The translations under genes and the position numbers were made by a program. The notes below the pieces were generated by a model that was not told the DNA's origin, did not search any database, and was given only the letters and a program-made list of their open reading frames with translations. 64,000 bases of DNA from Candidatus Poribacteria bacterium (GTDB taxonomy: Bacteria > Poribacteria > WGA-4E > JAJDTR01), in NCBI GenBank assembly GCA_965222225.1, contig CBDCTK010000002.1, forward strand, positions 5,280,001 through 5,344,000, given 5' to 3'. Of this stretch, positions 49,850 through 59,679 are shown in pieces. The stretch's first letter is position 1. Each line of letters opens with the position of its first letter.

Positions 49850-52303
49850 TTATTCGACCTTGCGAATCACGAGACGGTAGTGTTGCCCAATCTTCTTCGT
49901 GTCTGTAATCTCGTGACCATCATTCGTTAGGCTTTTGGGCACGTTTTCAATCGGTTCGCCATCATCAATGGTGATTTCCAGAAGTTGACCGACATCCATC
50001 GTTTCCAAACGGATTTTCGCTCGCACGTAGTTGAATGGACACGCCACACCTTTCAGGTCAAGGCTGTCCACAATTTCCTCAACTGCTTCAACTTTCGACG
50101 GAGCGTCCGGGATACGTGCGGGGCTTGCCTCGCGCCGTTTCCGCTCGCCTCGACTTTGTTGCTGCTCCTCTTCCTGACGAATCTGCATACGATTATAGAC
50201 GTTGTGCGCTTCCTCGATAAAGAGCGTCGCCTCCTCAACCCGCTGATGTGTCAATTCGGCGTTGAGATTATCCGTTCCCTCCTCAACGGCTTTGAAGATG
50301 TGTGCGCCAAAACCGGCAAAGACAATTCGCGGCTCGAAAAACCGGTTCCGAAATTCCGAAACCGTTGTTTCATCGTCAACGTATTGCAAACCTTCTGTCG
50401 TCAGCAAACCATCGGCAGCCCGAATCATTCCTTCAAAGGCGCGTGTAGCAGATTCGACGAACTCCTCTCGTTCGAGCAGCAGCCCGGCTTCATAAAGCAG
50501 ACGATCGGCTTCCTCAAGTTTGAACGAAACTAGCCCAACTAACTTCCCTGCACATTCACCAACACCGGTCTTCAGCTGGAACTCCTTCGTATCACCGGTG
50601 TCAACGTAGTAACTCGGGTCCTCCTCGTAGGTCGGAATCTTGTCGTACTTCAAGAGGACTTTCTTGATTTCAGCTTTCCCCAACCGCCCAATGAAAGCGG
50701 TGAAGGTTTCGTCCTCACCTCGCTCGTCAAGATACCTATCCGTCATTTCCTTGATAAACTCGGGGATATACTTTCCGTGAATCTTGCCGTTGGGAAGTCC
50801 ATAAGAGCCTGCATTATCAACGGCATGACCACCCAAGAGCACCTGATAATACGGCGCGATGTGGTCCCCAAATCGCCGAGATGAGCCAAAGAAACCGATG
50901 TTGGCGATGTGGTGTTGGCCGCACGAGTTTGGGCAACCGCTAATCTTGATTCGCAGGTCGTCGAGTTCAGATTTCACGCCGGTCTGGATGAAATGGTCTC
51001 TCAGGTGTGCTGCCAAACCGCGAGAAGACGACACTCCTAATTTGCAAGAATCGGTGCCCGGGCAAGCCGTAATATCAACCGTAGATTCCGCACCCGGATC
51101 GCCCAAACCGACGGCTTTCAATTCACGATAGAGTGCGGGAAGGTCGGTCATCGTGACCCAACGCAGCACAAGATTCTGCTCTACAGTCGTGCGAACCGTC
51201 TCCTTCACATATCGACGGGCAATGTCCGCCAGCGCCCGCGTTTGGTCGGCGGTGATGTCTCCCAGCGGAAGTGTGACAGTGACGAATGCATAACCAAGCT
51301 GACGCTGTGAACGAACGTTTGAGGCGTACCACTCCTCGAATCCTTCCGGCTTTGTGACTCCGTTCAGTTGCGTCGGCGGCTTCAGCGGCTCTTCGTCATA
51401 CGCATTGAGATTTTCAAGATAACTTGTCCATGCGGGGTCATGTCGCAGTTTCTCACGTTCTTCAAGCACCAAGTGTCGGAACTCGTCAATCCCAAGTTTC
51501 CCGACAACGAACTTCATCCGTGCTTTGTTGCGGTTTTTCCGCTCGCCAAGCCGAGTAAATACTTTGGCAATCGCCTGTGAAATCGGGAGCAACTCCTCCT
51601 CCGGTAAAAACTCATCGAAAACCTTTGCCTGATGGGGTACCGCACCAAGACCGCCGCCAACGAGAAGTTTGAACCCTCGTTTTGGTTTGCCATCGACCTC
51701 TTTCATAACCGCAACTGCCCCGATGTCGTGCATGTATCCCAAACCACAGGCATGTTCATGGCAACCGGAGAACGCAATCTTAAATTTCCGTCCGAAATCT
51801 TGGGCATCGGGGTGACCCAACATAAACGCGGAGAGTGCCTGCGAATGCGGAGTCACGTCAAACGCCTCATCATGGCATACACCGGAAAGCGGACAAGCTG
51901 TTACATTTCGAACCGCATTCCCGCACGCTTCCTTTGTGGTAATGCCGACAGACGCGAGCCGTCGCATCAACTCCGGCGCGTGATTGATGTCAACGTAGTG
52001 ATATTGCACATCTTGGCGCGTAGTAATGTGGATAATATTGTCCGACATCTCCTCGGCGATATCAGCGAGCATCTCAAGTTGCGCCGCATTCAATCCGCCG
52101 AACGGAATCTTCACACGAATCATTTGTGATTGATTGTCGCGTTGTCCGTATACTCCGTGACGCAATCTGAACTCGGTGAAAAGTTCCTCCGGCACGTCGC
52201 CATCTTGGAAGCGATTAAGCTGTGTTTCAAAAATCTCAATCGCGCGGCCAACGTCCTCGGGAATCGTGTCTATGTTATAAGGTATTGCCGCTCCCGTCGC
52301 CAT
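49850..52303 (-). CDS. Siroheme/4Fe-4S sulfite (nitrite) reductase with C-terminal HEPN-like and TusA domains
   Basis: GVYGQR, TTRQDVQ, RKFKIAFSGC, ACPGTDSC, SGCPNSC; C-terminal LDLKGVACPFN. Confidence 0.92.
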   Translation of the reverse strand: MATGAAIPYNIDTIPEDVGRAIEIFETQLNRFQDGDVPEELFTEFRLRHGVYGQRDNQSQMIRVKIPFGGLNAAQLEMLADIAEEMSDNIIHITTRQDVQYHYVDINHAPELMRRLASVGITTKEACGNAVRNVTACPLSGVCHDEAFDVTPHSQALSAFMLGHPDAQDFGRKFKIAFSGCHEHACGLGYMHDIGAVAVMKEVDGKPKRGFKLLVGGGLGAVPHQAKVFDEFLPEEELLPISQAIAKVFTRLGERKNRNKARMKFVVGKLGIDEFRHLVLEEREKLRHDPAWTSYLENLNAYDEEPLKPPTQLNGVTKPEGFEEWYASNVRSQRQLGYAFVTVTLPLGDITADQTRALADIARRYVKETVRTTVEQNLVLRWVTMTDLPALYRELKAVGLGDPGAESTVDITACPGTDSCKLGVSSSRGLAAHLRDHFIQTGVKSELDDLRIKISGCPNSCGQHHIANIGFFGSSRRFGDHIAPYYQVLLGGHAVDNAGSYGLPNGKIHGKYIPEFIKEMTDRYLDERGEDETFTAFIGRLGKAEIKKVLLKYDKIPTYEEDPSYYVDTGDTKEFQLKTGVGECAGKLVGLVSFKLEEADRLLYEAGLLLEREEFVESATRAFEGMIRAADGLLTTEGLQYVDDETTVSEFRNRFFEPRIVFAGFGAHIFKAVEEGTDNLNAELTHQRVEEATLFIEEAHNVYNRMQIRQEEEQQQSRGERKRREASPARIPDAPSKVEAVEEIVDSLDLKGVACPFNYVRAKIRLETMDVGQLLEITIDDGEPIENVPKSLTNDGHEITDTKKIGQHYRLVIRKVE

Positions 52304-52539
52304 TTCTTTCTCCTTAGTTTTTTGCGGTAATGATGGAAAGAGAAACTGTCCTCTGCAAATCTCAAAATTGGATTGTGCAAGCCTGCCGATAAAAGATTGA
52401 AGGTGACCAATGTAGTCGGATTTACGTATAAAATTTTAGACCAATTTGATTATATTTAGATCGGCTATAGTATAATACAATTTAGAGTAGCAAATCAAAC
52501 TTTATTTGGTCTGCAGGACAATCGCCCCAGACCCTAGAA

Positions 52540-52604
52540 GATTAACCGACCGGATAGCGAATGCGACAATACTTCCATAGAGATCTCAGTGCGATAGCAA
52601 CCCC
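52540..52604 (+). repeat. Hypervariable cassette plus 3' remnants
   Basis: GATTAACCGACCGGATAGCGAATGCGACAATACTTCC ATAGAGATCT cAGTGCGATAGCAACCC. Confidence 0.8.
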
Positions 52605-52916
52605 GATGACCAAGCCGTCGATTGTCCCTAATTATCTTGTCATTCAATCGTTGCTCCTTTCTTCAACTAAGTCAGTGGAAATCAAGAAAGGTAATCCTAC
52701 AAAATTTACGCACCGACCTACGTCAAGAAAAGATGAACTTCGCATGGGGGAGGCAGATGTATTGAAAACACGAAAGTCACAGCAATGGGCAGGACAAGGT
52801 TTAAGGTTTGATGGCGTGCAAACCATCAGCAACTGTTCAGAATTGGTTCGCGCACATTGTTTTATTCTTGAATAACCGCTGACATCCTATCGACAAATAA
52901 ATCGTCGTAACCCTAA

Positions 52917-53196
52917 GAGCCTGTTTGAAAAGTACATTTGTAGGGTGCGCACTGCGCACCAACCTCTAAAAGCCCCAGAGTGGGATCAAGGGAGCGAATA
53001 GCGACTGCGATAGAGATCCATGAAGGTGTATAGAAACGCCAAAACCCCGTGCACCTAAGCCCCAGCGGGGATCAAACGAACGGATAGTGAGTGCGATAGC
53101 AATCCCATAGGTACGTAGCAGGCAACAATTAAGACATGGAAGAACTTCCCACAAATGACCAAAAATGGCTTTCCTATCGATTATTCAAACAGGTTC
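52917..53196. mobile_element. 280-bp MITE (13-bp TIR, TAA duplication) carrying REPs and two cassettes
   Basis: TAA|GAGCCTGTTTGAA...TTCAAACAGGTTC|TAA; cassettes at 52984-53019 and 53070-53105. Confidence 0.85.
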
Positions 53197-53248
53197 TAAA
53201 CGAAGACCGGGGGAATGGATGCAGAGAATTGCAACTCGCCTCAATTCC

Positions 53249-54010
53249 CTACCATGTTGCGAAGTCCCTGAGAAATAAGACTACCTCTGCTGTAATGGCG
53301 TTCAGTAAAGATTCGCCCTTTTCCGCAGTCGCGTGTTGAGGTCCTCCCATTGCGCCGGTTGGTGTCCAAGTATTCATCCGTTTGGCGACATTGACTCGCC
53401 CGCCCTGTTCGCTATGGAAGAACGGCGAGTCCACTAGAGGGGGGCTTGACGTGACTCTGTCCATCCGCATAATCTCGCCGTGCAACGATAACATCATGGA
53501 GGTCTCGTATTCGCAGGCGTGTGATAACTGTTTCGTCTGCATGCCGTGGTTTTCCGCCGCCATGACGGGCGATGCGACTGACCAATAGGACGCCAGTGCC
53601 ATCCAGAGATTGTTGTACACTTCGGATTCGGTAGACAACTCCGTAATCGCCTGTGTGCCTGGAATGACATTGCCGCCGTGACCGTTCAGGAAGAAAATCC
53701 GTTGAAATCCCGCTTTGCTAATAGAACGTACGATGTTCTTAATGATTAATGTATAAACATGATTGGGAACGCTCGTCGTTCCGGGCAAATCAAGATGATG
53801 ATCTGATGCGCCAAGCCACAGCGTCGGTAGAAAGTACGTCTGCTCACGAAGCTCTTGTTCGACACGTTCGGCGACCACGGTGACCAAATACGTGTCCGTT
53901 AGGAGCGGGGAATGGTGGCCGTGCTGCTCCATTGAACCAAGCGGAACCACAACAACTTTATTCTTGTCCGCTTGCTCAATATCCACCCAACAACCATCAC
54001 CATATTTCAC
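53249..54010 (-). CDS. Creatininase family protein
   Basis: GSMEQHGHH.PL.TD, NGHGGN, HACEYETS. Confidence 0.93.
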   Translation of the reverse strand: MKYGDGCWVDIEQADKNKVVVVPLGSMEQHGHHSPLLTDTYLVTVVAERVEQELREQTYFLPTLWLGASDHHLDLPGTTSVPNHVYTLIIKNIVRSISKAGFQRIFFLNGHGGNVIPGTQAITELSTESEVYNNLWMALASYWSVASPVMAAENHGMQTKQLSHACEYETSMMLSLHGEIMRMDRVTSSPPLVDSPFFHSEQGGRVNVAKRMNTWTPTGAMGGPQHATAEKGESLLNAITAEVVLFLRDFATW

Positions 54011-54077
54011 AGTATCTTTCCTCCTCGCCCACGTTCGAGGGCGCGATTAAATTTCATCGTGTGTCGCAACACGCATT

Positions 54078-55883
54078 TCATTCTGTATCATCTTCACCGT
54101 AAATGGCGTTAATTTCACCGCTGAAGTGATCGAGAATAACTTGACGCTTCAGTTTAAGAGTGGGCGTCATCTCATCCTCTTCTTGTGTAAATTCTCGACT
54201 TAGCACGGCGAACATTCTAGGGCGTTCAAAGTCTGCAAAGTCTACCACGAGCCGATTGATTTCTCCTCGGATGAGTTGTCGAACTTCCTTGGTTTCAACC
54301 AGCGTCGCATTATTCCCCGTATCCAAGCCTTGCTCTTTCCCGTATTCTCCGAGTGCGTCGAAATTCGGGACAACCAGCGCGGCAACGCTTTTCTGTCCAT
54401 CCCCGATTAACATAACCTGACTGATATAATCGCTTTGTACAAGTTGGCTTTCAATCGGTTGCGGTGCGACATTTTTCCCGTTGGACAACACGAGAATGTT
54501 CTTCTTTCGGTCTGTAATCTTCAGAAATCCGCCTTCATCAAACAGACCAATGTCTCCGGTGCGGAACCAGCCATCGGGGCCAATTGCCTCTGACGTATCC
54601 TCGGGTCGATTGTAATATCCTTTCATGATATGTGGTCCCCTAGATAGGATTTCGCCATCTTCGGCAATTTTGACTTCAACACCGGGAATGGGTTTGCCAA
54701 CGGTGCCAAATTTCCAAGCGTTTGGGCAATTTACGGAAATCACCGGCGAGGTTTCAGTCAAGCCATATCCTTCAAGAATCAGAATACCAGCCGCATGGAA
54801 GAATTCTGCAATGGATTGGGGCAAGGCGGCGCCACCCGACACAAAAAATCGCAATCGTCCGCCTACTCTGGCTAGAATTTTCCCGAAAACCAATTTGTTT
54901 GCAAGTCCCATTTTCAGCTTCAATAGGAAAGACGGTTCCTTGTGCGCCTGTATAGCCTGACTCACCTTTTTGCCGGTTTCTACCCCCCAGCCGAATATCT
55001 TCTGTTTAACGGGCGAGCCCTCTTTCACTGCACGAAGAATCCGCTCATGCATCGTCTCATAGAGACGAGGAACACTCGCCATAACAGTAGGACGTACCTC
55101 CCCCAAGTTTTTAGCGACCGTAAACGGGCTTTCCGCATAGGCAATGGTCGAGCCACAAGTAAGTGGCAAATAATGTCCTGCCATTCGCTCAAACACGTGT
55201 GATAGAGGTAAAAATGACAGAAGTACATCCTCTTGGCTAATGCCTATAAGCTCAACACAGGCGCTGGCATTGAACATGAAGTTGTGATGGGTAAGCATTG
55301 CCCCTTTTGGATCGCCGGTTGTCCCTGAAGTATAAATGATTGTGACAAGATCGTCGGCGTTTGCCGCTTCGCTTGCTTCTTGGTAAATTTGAGTTCCATT
55401 CTCGACCTTCTTGCCGAGGTCGCACACTTCCTCAAAGCTCAAATCTTGACCATCTGTGTCCGACTTTGTGGCGTCAAAAACAATGACTCGCTCAAGATGT
55501 GATACGTTCTCTCGGAATGCCTCAATCTTTTTCAACTGGTTTTCATTTGATACACATACGATTTTGGCTCCTGAATCTTTCACTATATACTCTACTTGGG
55601 CGGGTGTCAGCGTTGGAAACATGGGTACATTCACGCCGCCCGCAGCAATAATCGCCAAGTCTGTAATTGCCCATTCTGGACGGTTCTCGGACAATAATAC
55701 AACGCGGTCACCTCGTTCCATACCAAGCTCGACGAGTCCTAAAGCGAAGTTTTCCACACGCTCTCCGAGTTCGGCGTAGGAGATAGCTTGATAACTACCG
55801 TCAATCTTGCTAGAGAGTGCCGCTTTCGATCCGTAATGACGAATCGAATTCGCAAGCATTTCATTAATGGTCATTTTATCCAT
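54078..55883 (-). CDS. Long-chain fatty acid--CoA ligase
   Basis: YTSGTTGDPKG, EGYGLTET, FRTGD, TPTLKLKR. Confidence 0.95.
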   Translation of the reverse strand: MDKMTINEMLANSIRHYGSKAALSSKIDGSYQAISYAELGERVENFALGLVELGMERGDRVVLLSENRPEWAITDLAIIAAGGVNVPMFPTLTPAQVEYIVKDSGAKIVCVSNENQLKKIEAFRENVSHLERVIVFDATKSDTDGQDLSFEEVCDLGKKVENGTQIYQEASEAANADDLVTIIYTSGTTGDPKGAMLTHHNFMFNASACVELIGISQEDVLLSFLPLSHVFERMAGHYLPLTCGSTIAYAESPFTVAKNLGEVRPTVMASVPRLYETMHERILRAVKEGSPVKQKIFGWGVETGKKVSQAIQAHKEPSFLLKLKMGLANKLVFGKILARVGGRLRFFVSGGAALPQSIAEFFHAAGILILEGYGLTETSPVISVNCPNAWKFGTVGKPIPGVEVKIAEDGEILSRGPHIMKGYYNRPEDTSEAIGPDGWFRTGDIGLFDEGGFLKITDRKKNILVLSNGKNVAPQPIESQLVQSDYISQVMLIGDGQKSVAALVVPNFDALGEYGKEQGLDTGNNATLVETKEVRQLIRGEINRLVVDFADFERPRMFAVLSREFTQEEDEMTPTLKLKRQVILDHFSGEINAIYGEDDTE

Positions 55884-56059
55884 AATTTTATCCTTGCATT
55901 CTAGACTGGACGTTAGGAATCTGGAGCTTATTAGTGGTTTTCGTTACTCAAGAAAATGAGATGGATTTATGTGAAAATGCGTTCAATTGCGTTCAATACA
56001 GATAGCTTATTCTAAAAAAATGGGACCGTAAATGCCGTTTGAATTCCAAAGCGCGATTG

Positions 56060-56890
56060 TTAGCGGCTAACCCGCTTACGTCTTCCCGCAACATGCGATG
56101 CTGGGACGCCTACCTCCTCCACAGGACTGGAAGACCTCCGTGCAGTTCCATAAATAATCCAACTACCAACGATTGCCAATGCAATACTAATTAGTTGTGC
56201 TGTCGTCAACCCGGCGATGACACGCTCACTCGCCCGCCAGAACTCGGCAATGAAACGTTCAACTCCCGCCGCTACAAGTCCCGCGCCCACCAGCCACCCG
56301 GCTATCCCCTCTTTCTTTTTACGGATTGACCATAGTAGTGCAAAACCGACGAGCGACAATCCAAATTCATACAGGGGCGTTGGGTGAACGGGCACGTTTA
56401 TGGGAACCGTGCCTCTTGGAAATGGCATTGCCCAAGGCAAATCCGATGGCGGACCATAGTCACCATCCCCAGAGAGGAAACATCCGATTCGTCCAATGCC
56501 ATATCCGAGTAAAAGTAGAGGAGCAAGAGCGTCAAGCGTTGGCAAGAGAGGGTCGGAAGATCGATGTATGACCCAGATCGCGGCTGCAAACCCTCCAATT
56601 AGACCACCATACCACACAAGCCCGCTGTTTGAGAACAATTCTCTTAATGAAAGGCTGCCATCTTGCAGGGATGAATAAAGTTTTGCGCCAATGATACCGC
56701 CTAAAGCGCCCCATAAAATAATAGATGAGGCAAGCCTAGGCTCAAGTCCTTTTCGTTTGAACTCGCGTTGCCCCATATACATACAAGTAAGGAAGGCAAG
56801 CGCCATCATCAACCCATAACTGTGTACCGCTATAGGTAGGTGGATCGGGCCAAGGTGTAGGGTTGGTAACTCAAATATGGTTGGATACAT
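56060..56890 (-). CDS. lgt: Prolipoprotein diacylglyceryl transferase
   Basis: MYP, SYG, YGGLIGG, GRIGC, HPTPLYE, RFIAEFWR. Confidence 0.93.
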   Translation of the reverse strand: MYPTIFELPTLHLGPIHLPIAVHSYGLMMALAFLTCMYMGQREFKRKGLEPRLASSIILWGALGGIIGAKLYSSLQDGSLSLRELFSNSGLVWYGGLIGGFAAAIWVIHRSSDPLLPTLDALAPLLLLGYGIGRIGCFLSGDGDYGPPSDLPWAMPFPRGTVPINVPVHPTPLYEFGLSLVGFALLWSIRKKKEGIAGWLVGAGLVAAGVERFIAEFWRASERVIAGLTTAQLISIALAIVGSWIIYGTARRSSSPVEEVGVPASHVAGRRKRVSR

Positions 56891-57240
56891 GATTCATCAC
56901 GAAAAAGAGAGATGGTTGTCTCATTCACCCGCAGCAACATCTTTTAAAGGTAGGCAAAACATCCAAAGCACAACCGAAACTGTGTGCTAAAATCCTAATA
57001 TCCACCCAAACCGCTACTGCGCCATTAGAATATTCGACCCCCTAAAAAATGTCAAGCAGAATCTCGCTCCTAATTCGTCTGTTTTTTTTGAAAAAGGCTT
57101 TGCAAACTTTTCTGAAATGTGCTATACTTGGCGCATCCAACTTCCGAGAGACGCTAGGAGCGTTATACCGCAAGGGTTTTCCTCTGTTTTGTAGTATTCT
57201 CTGCAACGTGCCTCAGGTATTGGAAAGGGTAGCAGCATTT

Positions 57241-58113
57241 ATGACTCGACGGGAACTCTGGTTGGCGCTTGCATCGGTTGAAGGCATCGGCCCGATTCGA
57301 ATTAATCGGCTCTTGGCTCGCTTTGGAAGCGTGGAAAAAGTTTTTGATGCCGAATGCTCGGAAATCGCTTGTCTTCCGCTTTTCAATCCGGTTTTAGCGT
57401 CGCGTGTTTTGGAAACTCGAGAGCGCCTCGGTAAATTTCGACGCCAAATGGAGTGGCTCAAGAGTCAAGGCGTTGAGGTTTTGTGCTTGGAAGATGCAAA
57501 TTACCCTGATAAGTTGAGGGTCATTTCCAACGCTCCGCCAATTCTTTATAAAAAAGGTAAATTGACGGGAGTCAGTCGGAAGGCTATAGCAATCGTTGGT
57601 TCGACTCAGCCGACACAGATGGGCATTCTGACAACCTTGGAGTTGTCGAAGTCTCTCGCTCAGGCAGGTTTCACGGTTGTTAGTGGCTTTGCCAAGGGGA
57701 TTGACACTTCTGCCCATTTTGGCGCGCTTTCGGTGGGTGGAAAGACCGTGGGGGTGTTTGGTGGGGATCTTTTTTCGATATACCCCACAGAAAATCGACC
57801 GCTTGCAGCGCAAGTTTGTAAAAGTGGCATGCTCCTGTCTGAACATCCGTTTGATAAGCGGCCCACACCCGCAAATCTAATTCTACGTAACCGAATTATC
57901 AGTGGGCTGTCAATTGCGACAATTGTAGTTGAAGCCAGAGAAAACGGCGGCGCGGTGCGCACGGCAGGCTATGCCCTCGAACAAGGACGTGCGGTTTTCG
58001 CTTACGACTGGCAAAAAAGTCATCGCTTGAGCGAGGGCCCTCGCCATCTTCTTCAACGAGGGGCAATACCAATCACTCTTGGACGGCTGAGGATATTCAG
58101 AATCGTCTATTAA
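57241..58113 (+). CDS. dprA: DNA-processing protein DprA (possible frameshift near the 3' end)
   Basis: GIGP, YP..L......PP.LY.KG, VVSGFAKGID, RNRIISGLS, VVEA. Confidence 0.9.
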   Translation: MTRRELWLALASVEGIGPIRINRLLARFGSVEKVFDAECSEIACLPLFNPVLASRVLETRERLGKFRRQMEWLKSQGVEVLCLEDANYPDKLRVISNAPPILYKKGKLTGVSRKAIAIVGSTQPTQMGILTTLELSKSLAQAGFTVVSGFAKGIDTSAHFGALSVGGKTVGVFGGDLFSIYPTENRPLAAQVCKSGMLLSEHPFDKRPTPANLILRNRIISGLSIATIVVEARENGGAVRTAGYALEQGRAVFAYDWQKSHRLSEGPRHLLQRGAIPITLGRLRIFRIVY

Positions 58114-58508
58114 ATCCGGAACTGTTCACGGAGCAACCGAGGAATAGTTCTCTAGTTGAGCAAATGGAACTGTTTTAGGAGGTGTTTTTGAAGACTTAAG
58201 AACTTCGGTAGGCAAAAAATTTGGAAAAATGTGCAGGTTTTTCTTTACAACAATCGGAAATTCTGGTAGACTATAATCTACCTTGCACGAATTAAGTCAA
58301 AAACATGCGGATGCTTGGTTGATTGAAAGCATTACAACACTTGGCATGTTCTTGAGGTTTGACATTGGCGCTGCTGCTAACGGGATTGAAAATCTATTGA
58401 ATACTTCACCCTTCGGGCACATATGCCGATTTTGATTGCGAGGACTGATTTAGGCTGTCTAGCTAAACCTAGATGTTTTTATACGCAAATTAAAAAGGAG
58501 TAGAAATA

Positions 58509-59147
58509 ATGCACAAGCTCTTTCGAACCTTAGCTTTGGTAATGACTGCGATGTTGGTTTCCTACGTAGTTGGATGCGGTGGTGGTGAGACGGAACCGGA
58601 TGGTCCTGCGTCGGCTACGACCGTTACGGCTGATCCACCGAGTGGATCTACGGTTCCGTCAAATGCCGTAATCAAGCTTACCCTCGATCAGGCGGTTGAT
58701 GCTGTTGCAGGCGCAACGGGCTCAGGGAAAAACTGGGAGGTTGCGGCGGCCGGTAACTTGAGCGTGACTTGGACCAACAAGGATGGATCTGCTGGAGGAC
58801 CTGAGACCTTCACCTACACGCTTCAAGCTCCGGATAATGATGCGCCGAAGATTACCGGCGGCACGGTAACCAATGGAGCTAAAGATGTTGATCCCGGACC
58901 TATAAATGCGGATAAGATTCAAATCACGTTCGATGAGGATGTTACCGGTACAGCCGAATTGAACTTTGAGGACAATACATCTGCTGGTTGGCAAGGGGCG
59001 GTTACGGGCATGAATGCCGAACTTACCCCTGTTGCAGGGAAGGAACTCGCCAACTCGGTGACCTATGTAGTCGTGCTCAACGTTAGCGATAAGGCAGGGA
59101 ATAAGGCTGCGTTCATGGTCGAGTTTACTACCAAGGCAAAAGAATAG
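58509..59147 (+). CDS. Lipoprotein with Ig-like (Big_5-type) domains
   Basis: Lipobox VVGC; D..APK, ITFDEDV, VSDKAGN....FTT; AAGGAG RBS. Confidence 0.85.
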   Translation: MHKLFRTLALVMTAMLVSYVVGCGGGETEPDGPASATTVTADPPSGSTVPSNAVIKLTLDQAVDAVAGATGSGKNWEVAAAGNLSVTWTNKDGSAGGPETFTYTLQAPDNDAPKITGGTVTNGAKDVDPGPINADKIQITFDEDVTGTAELNFEDNTSAGWQGAVTGMNAELTPVAGKELANSVTYVVVLNVSDKAGNKAAFMVEFTTKAKE

Positions 59148-59184
59148 GTGTTTTAGCCACCCGGTTCGTTGAAATGCTGTTTTC

Positions 59185-59219
59185 AAGGCAACACGTTATA
59201 GAACGTGTTGCCTTTTTTT
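59185..59219 (+). terminator. Rho-independent terminator
   Basis: AAGGCAACACGTT-ATAG-AACGTGTTGCCTT followed by a T run. Confidence 0.9.
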
Positions 59220-59255
59220 GTTCCATTTTCAAGAGAAAGCTGCACATTCTGAGGC

Positions 59256-59474
59256 TATAGTCATGTCCATTCATGTGTACCCATATTAATGAGAGAAATT
59301 AGCGACTTGATTGTTGAAGATTGTTACGACAAACTTACTGTAGGAGCGATCTCCCGATCGCGACCGCCTGTCGCTAGGAAAGCTCGCTCCTACAGAAGAC
59401 GCGCAATAAATTGCACTACGATGAATCAAACTGCATAAATCCTATATGTGTAATTCTCAGTTGTAATGACTATA
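59256..59474. mobile_element. MITE-like element with an internal inverted REP pair
   Basis: TATAGTCAT...ATGACTATA ends; REP pair at 59340-59393; a similar right end occurs at ~8703-8720. Confidence 0.55.
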
Positions 59475-59679
59475 ATTGTAGGGGACGGCCCCCCCCATGG
59501 TTGTAAAGGACAACCATGACTGTGCCGAGGCGGCGGCGTGCAATCTTCTCGGAGACCGATTGGGAGGTATCTGTTGCGAGAGGATGAACTCAGGGAAGGA
59601 TTCCGGCTAAGGGAGGAAATCGGCGATTTGATGATCGCGCAGATTCCACACAGAAACAGGGGTGATTTTATCCGCTAGT

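Noticed and set aside
52620-52860. Possible group II intron 5' remnant (minus-strand GTGCG ... AAGGAG-ATG) or 104-aa ORF
   Set aside because: No domain V, no RT sequence and too short; the ORF has no recognisable motif.
52984-53019. Cassette as a sequencing adapter or assembly artefact
   Set aside because: Copies differ at patterned positions and were found only between genes. Artefacts would be near-identical and would also hit CDSs. Read-level confirmation is still needed.
56940-57000. c-di-GMP-I riboswitch-like GGCAAAAC...GAAA
   Set aside because: The required paired stems and the downstream GCAAAGC element are not present.
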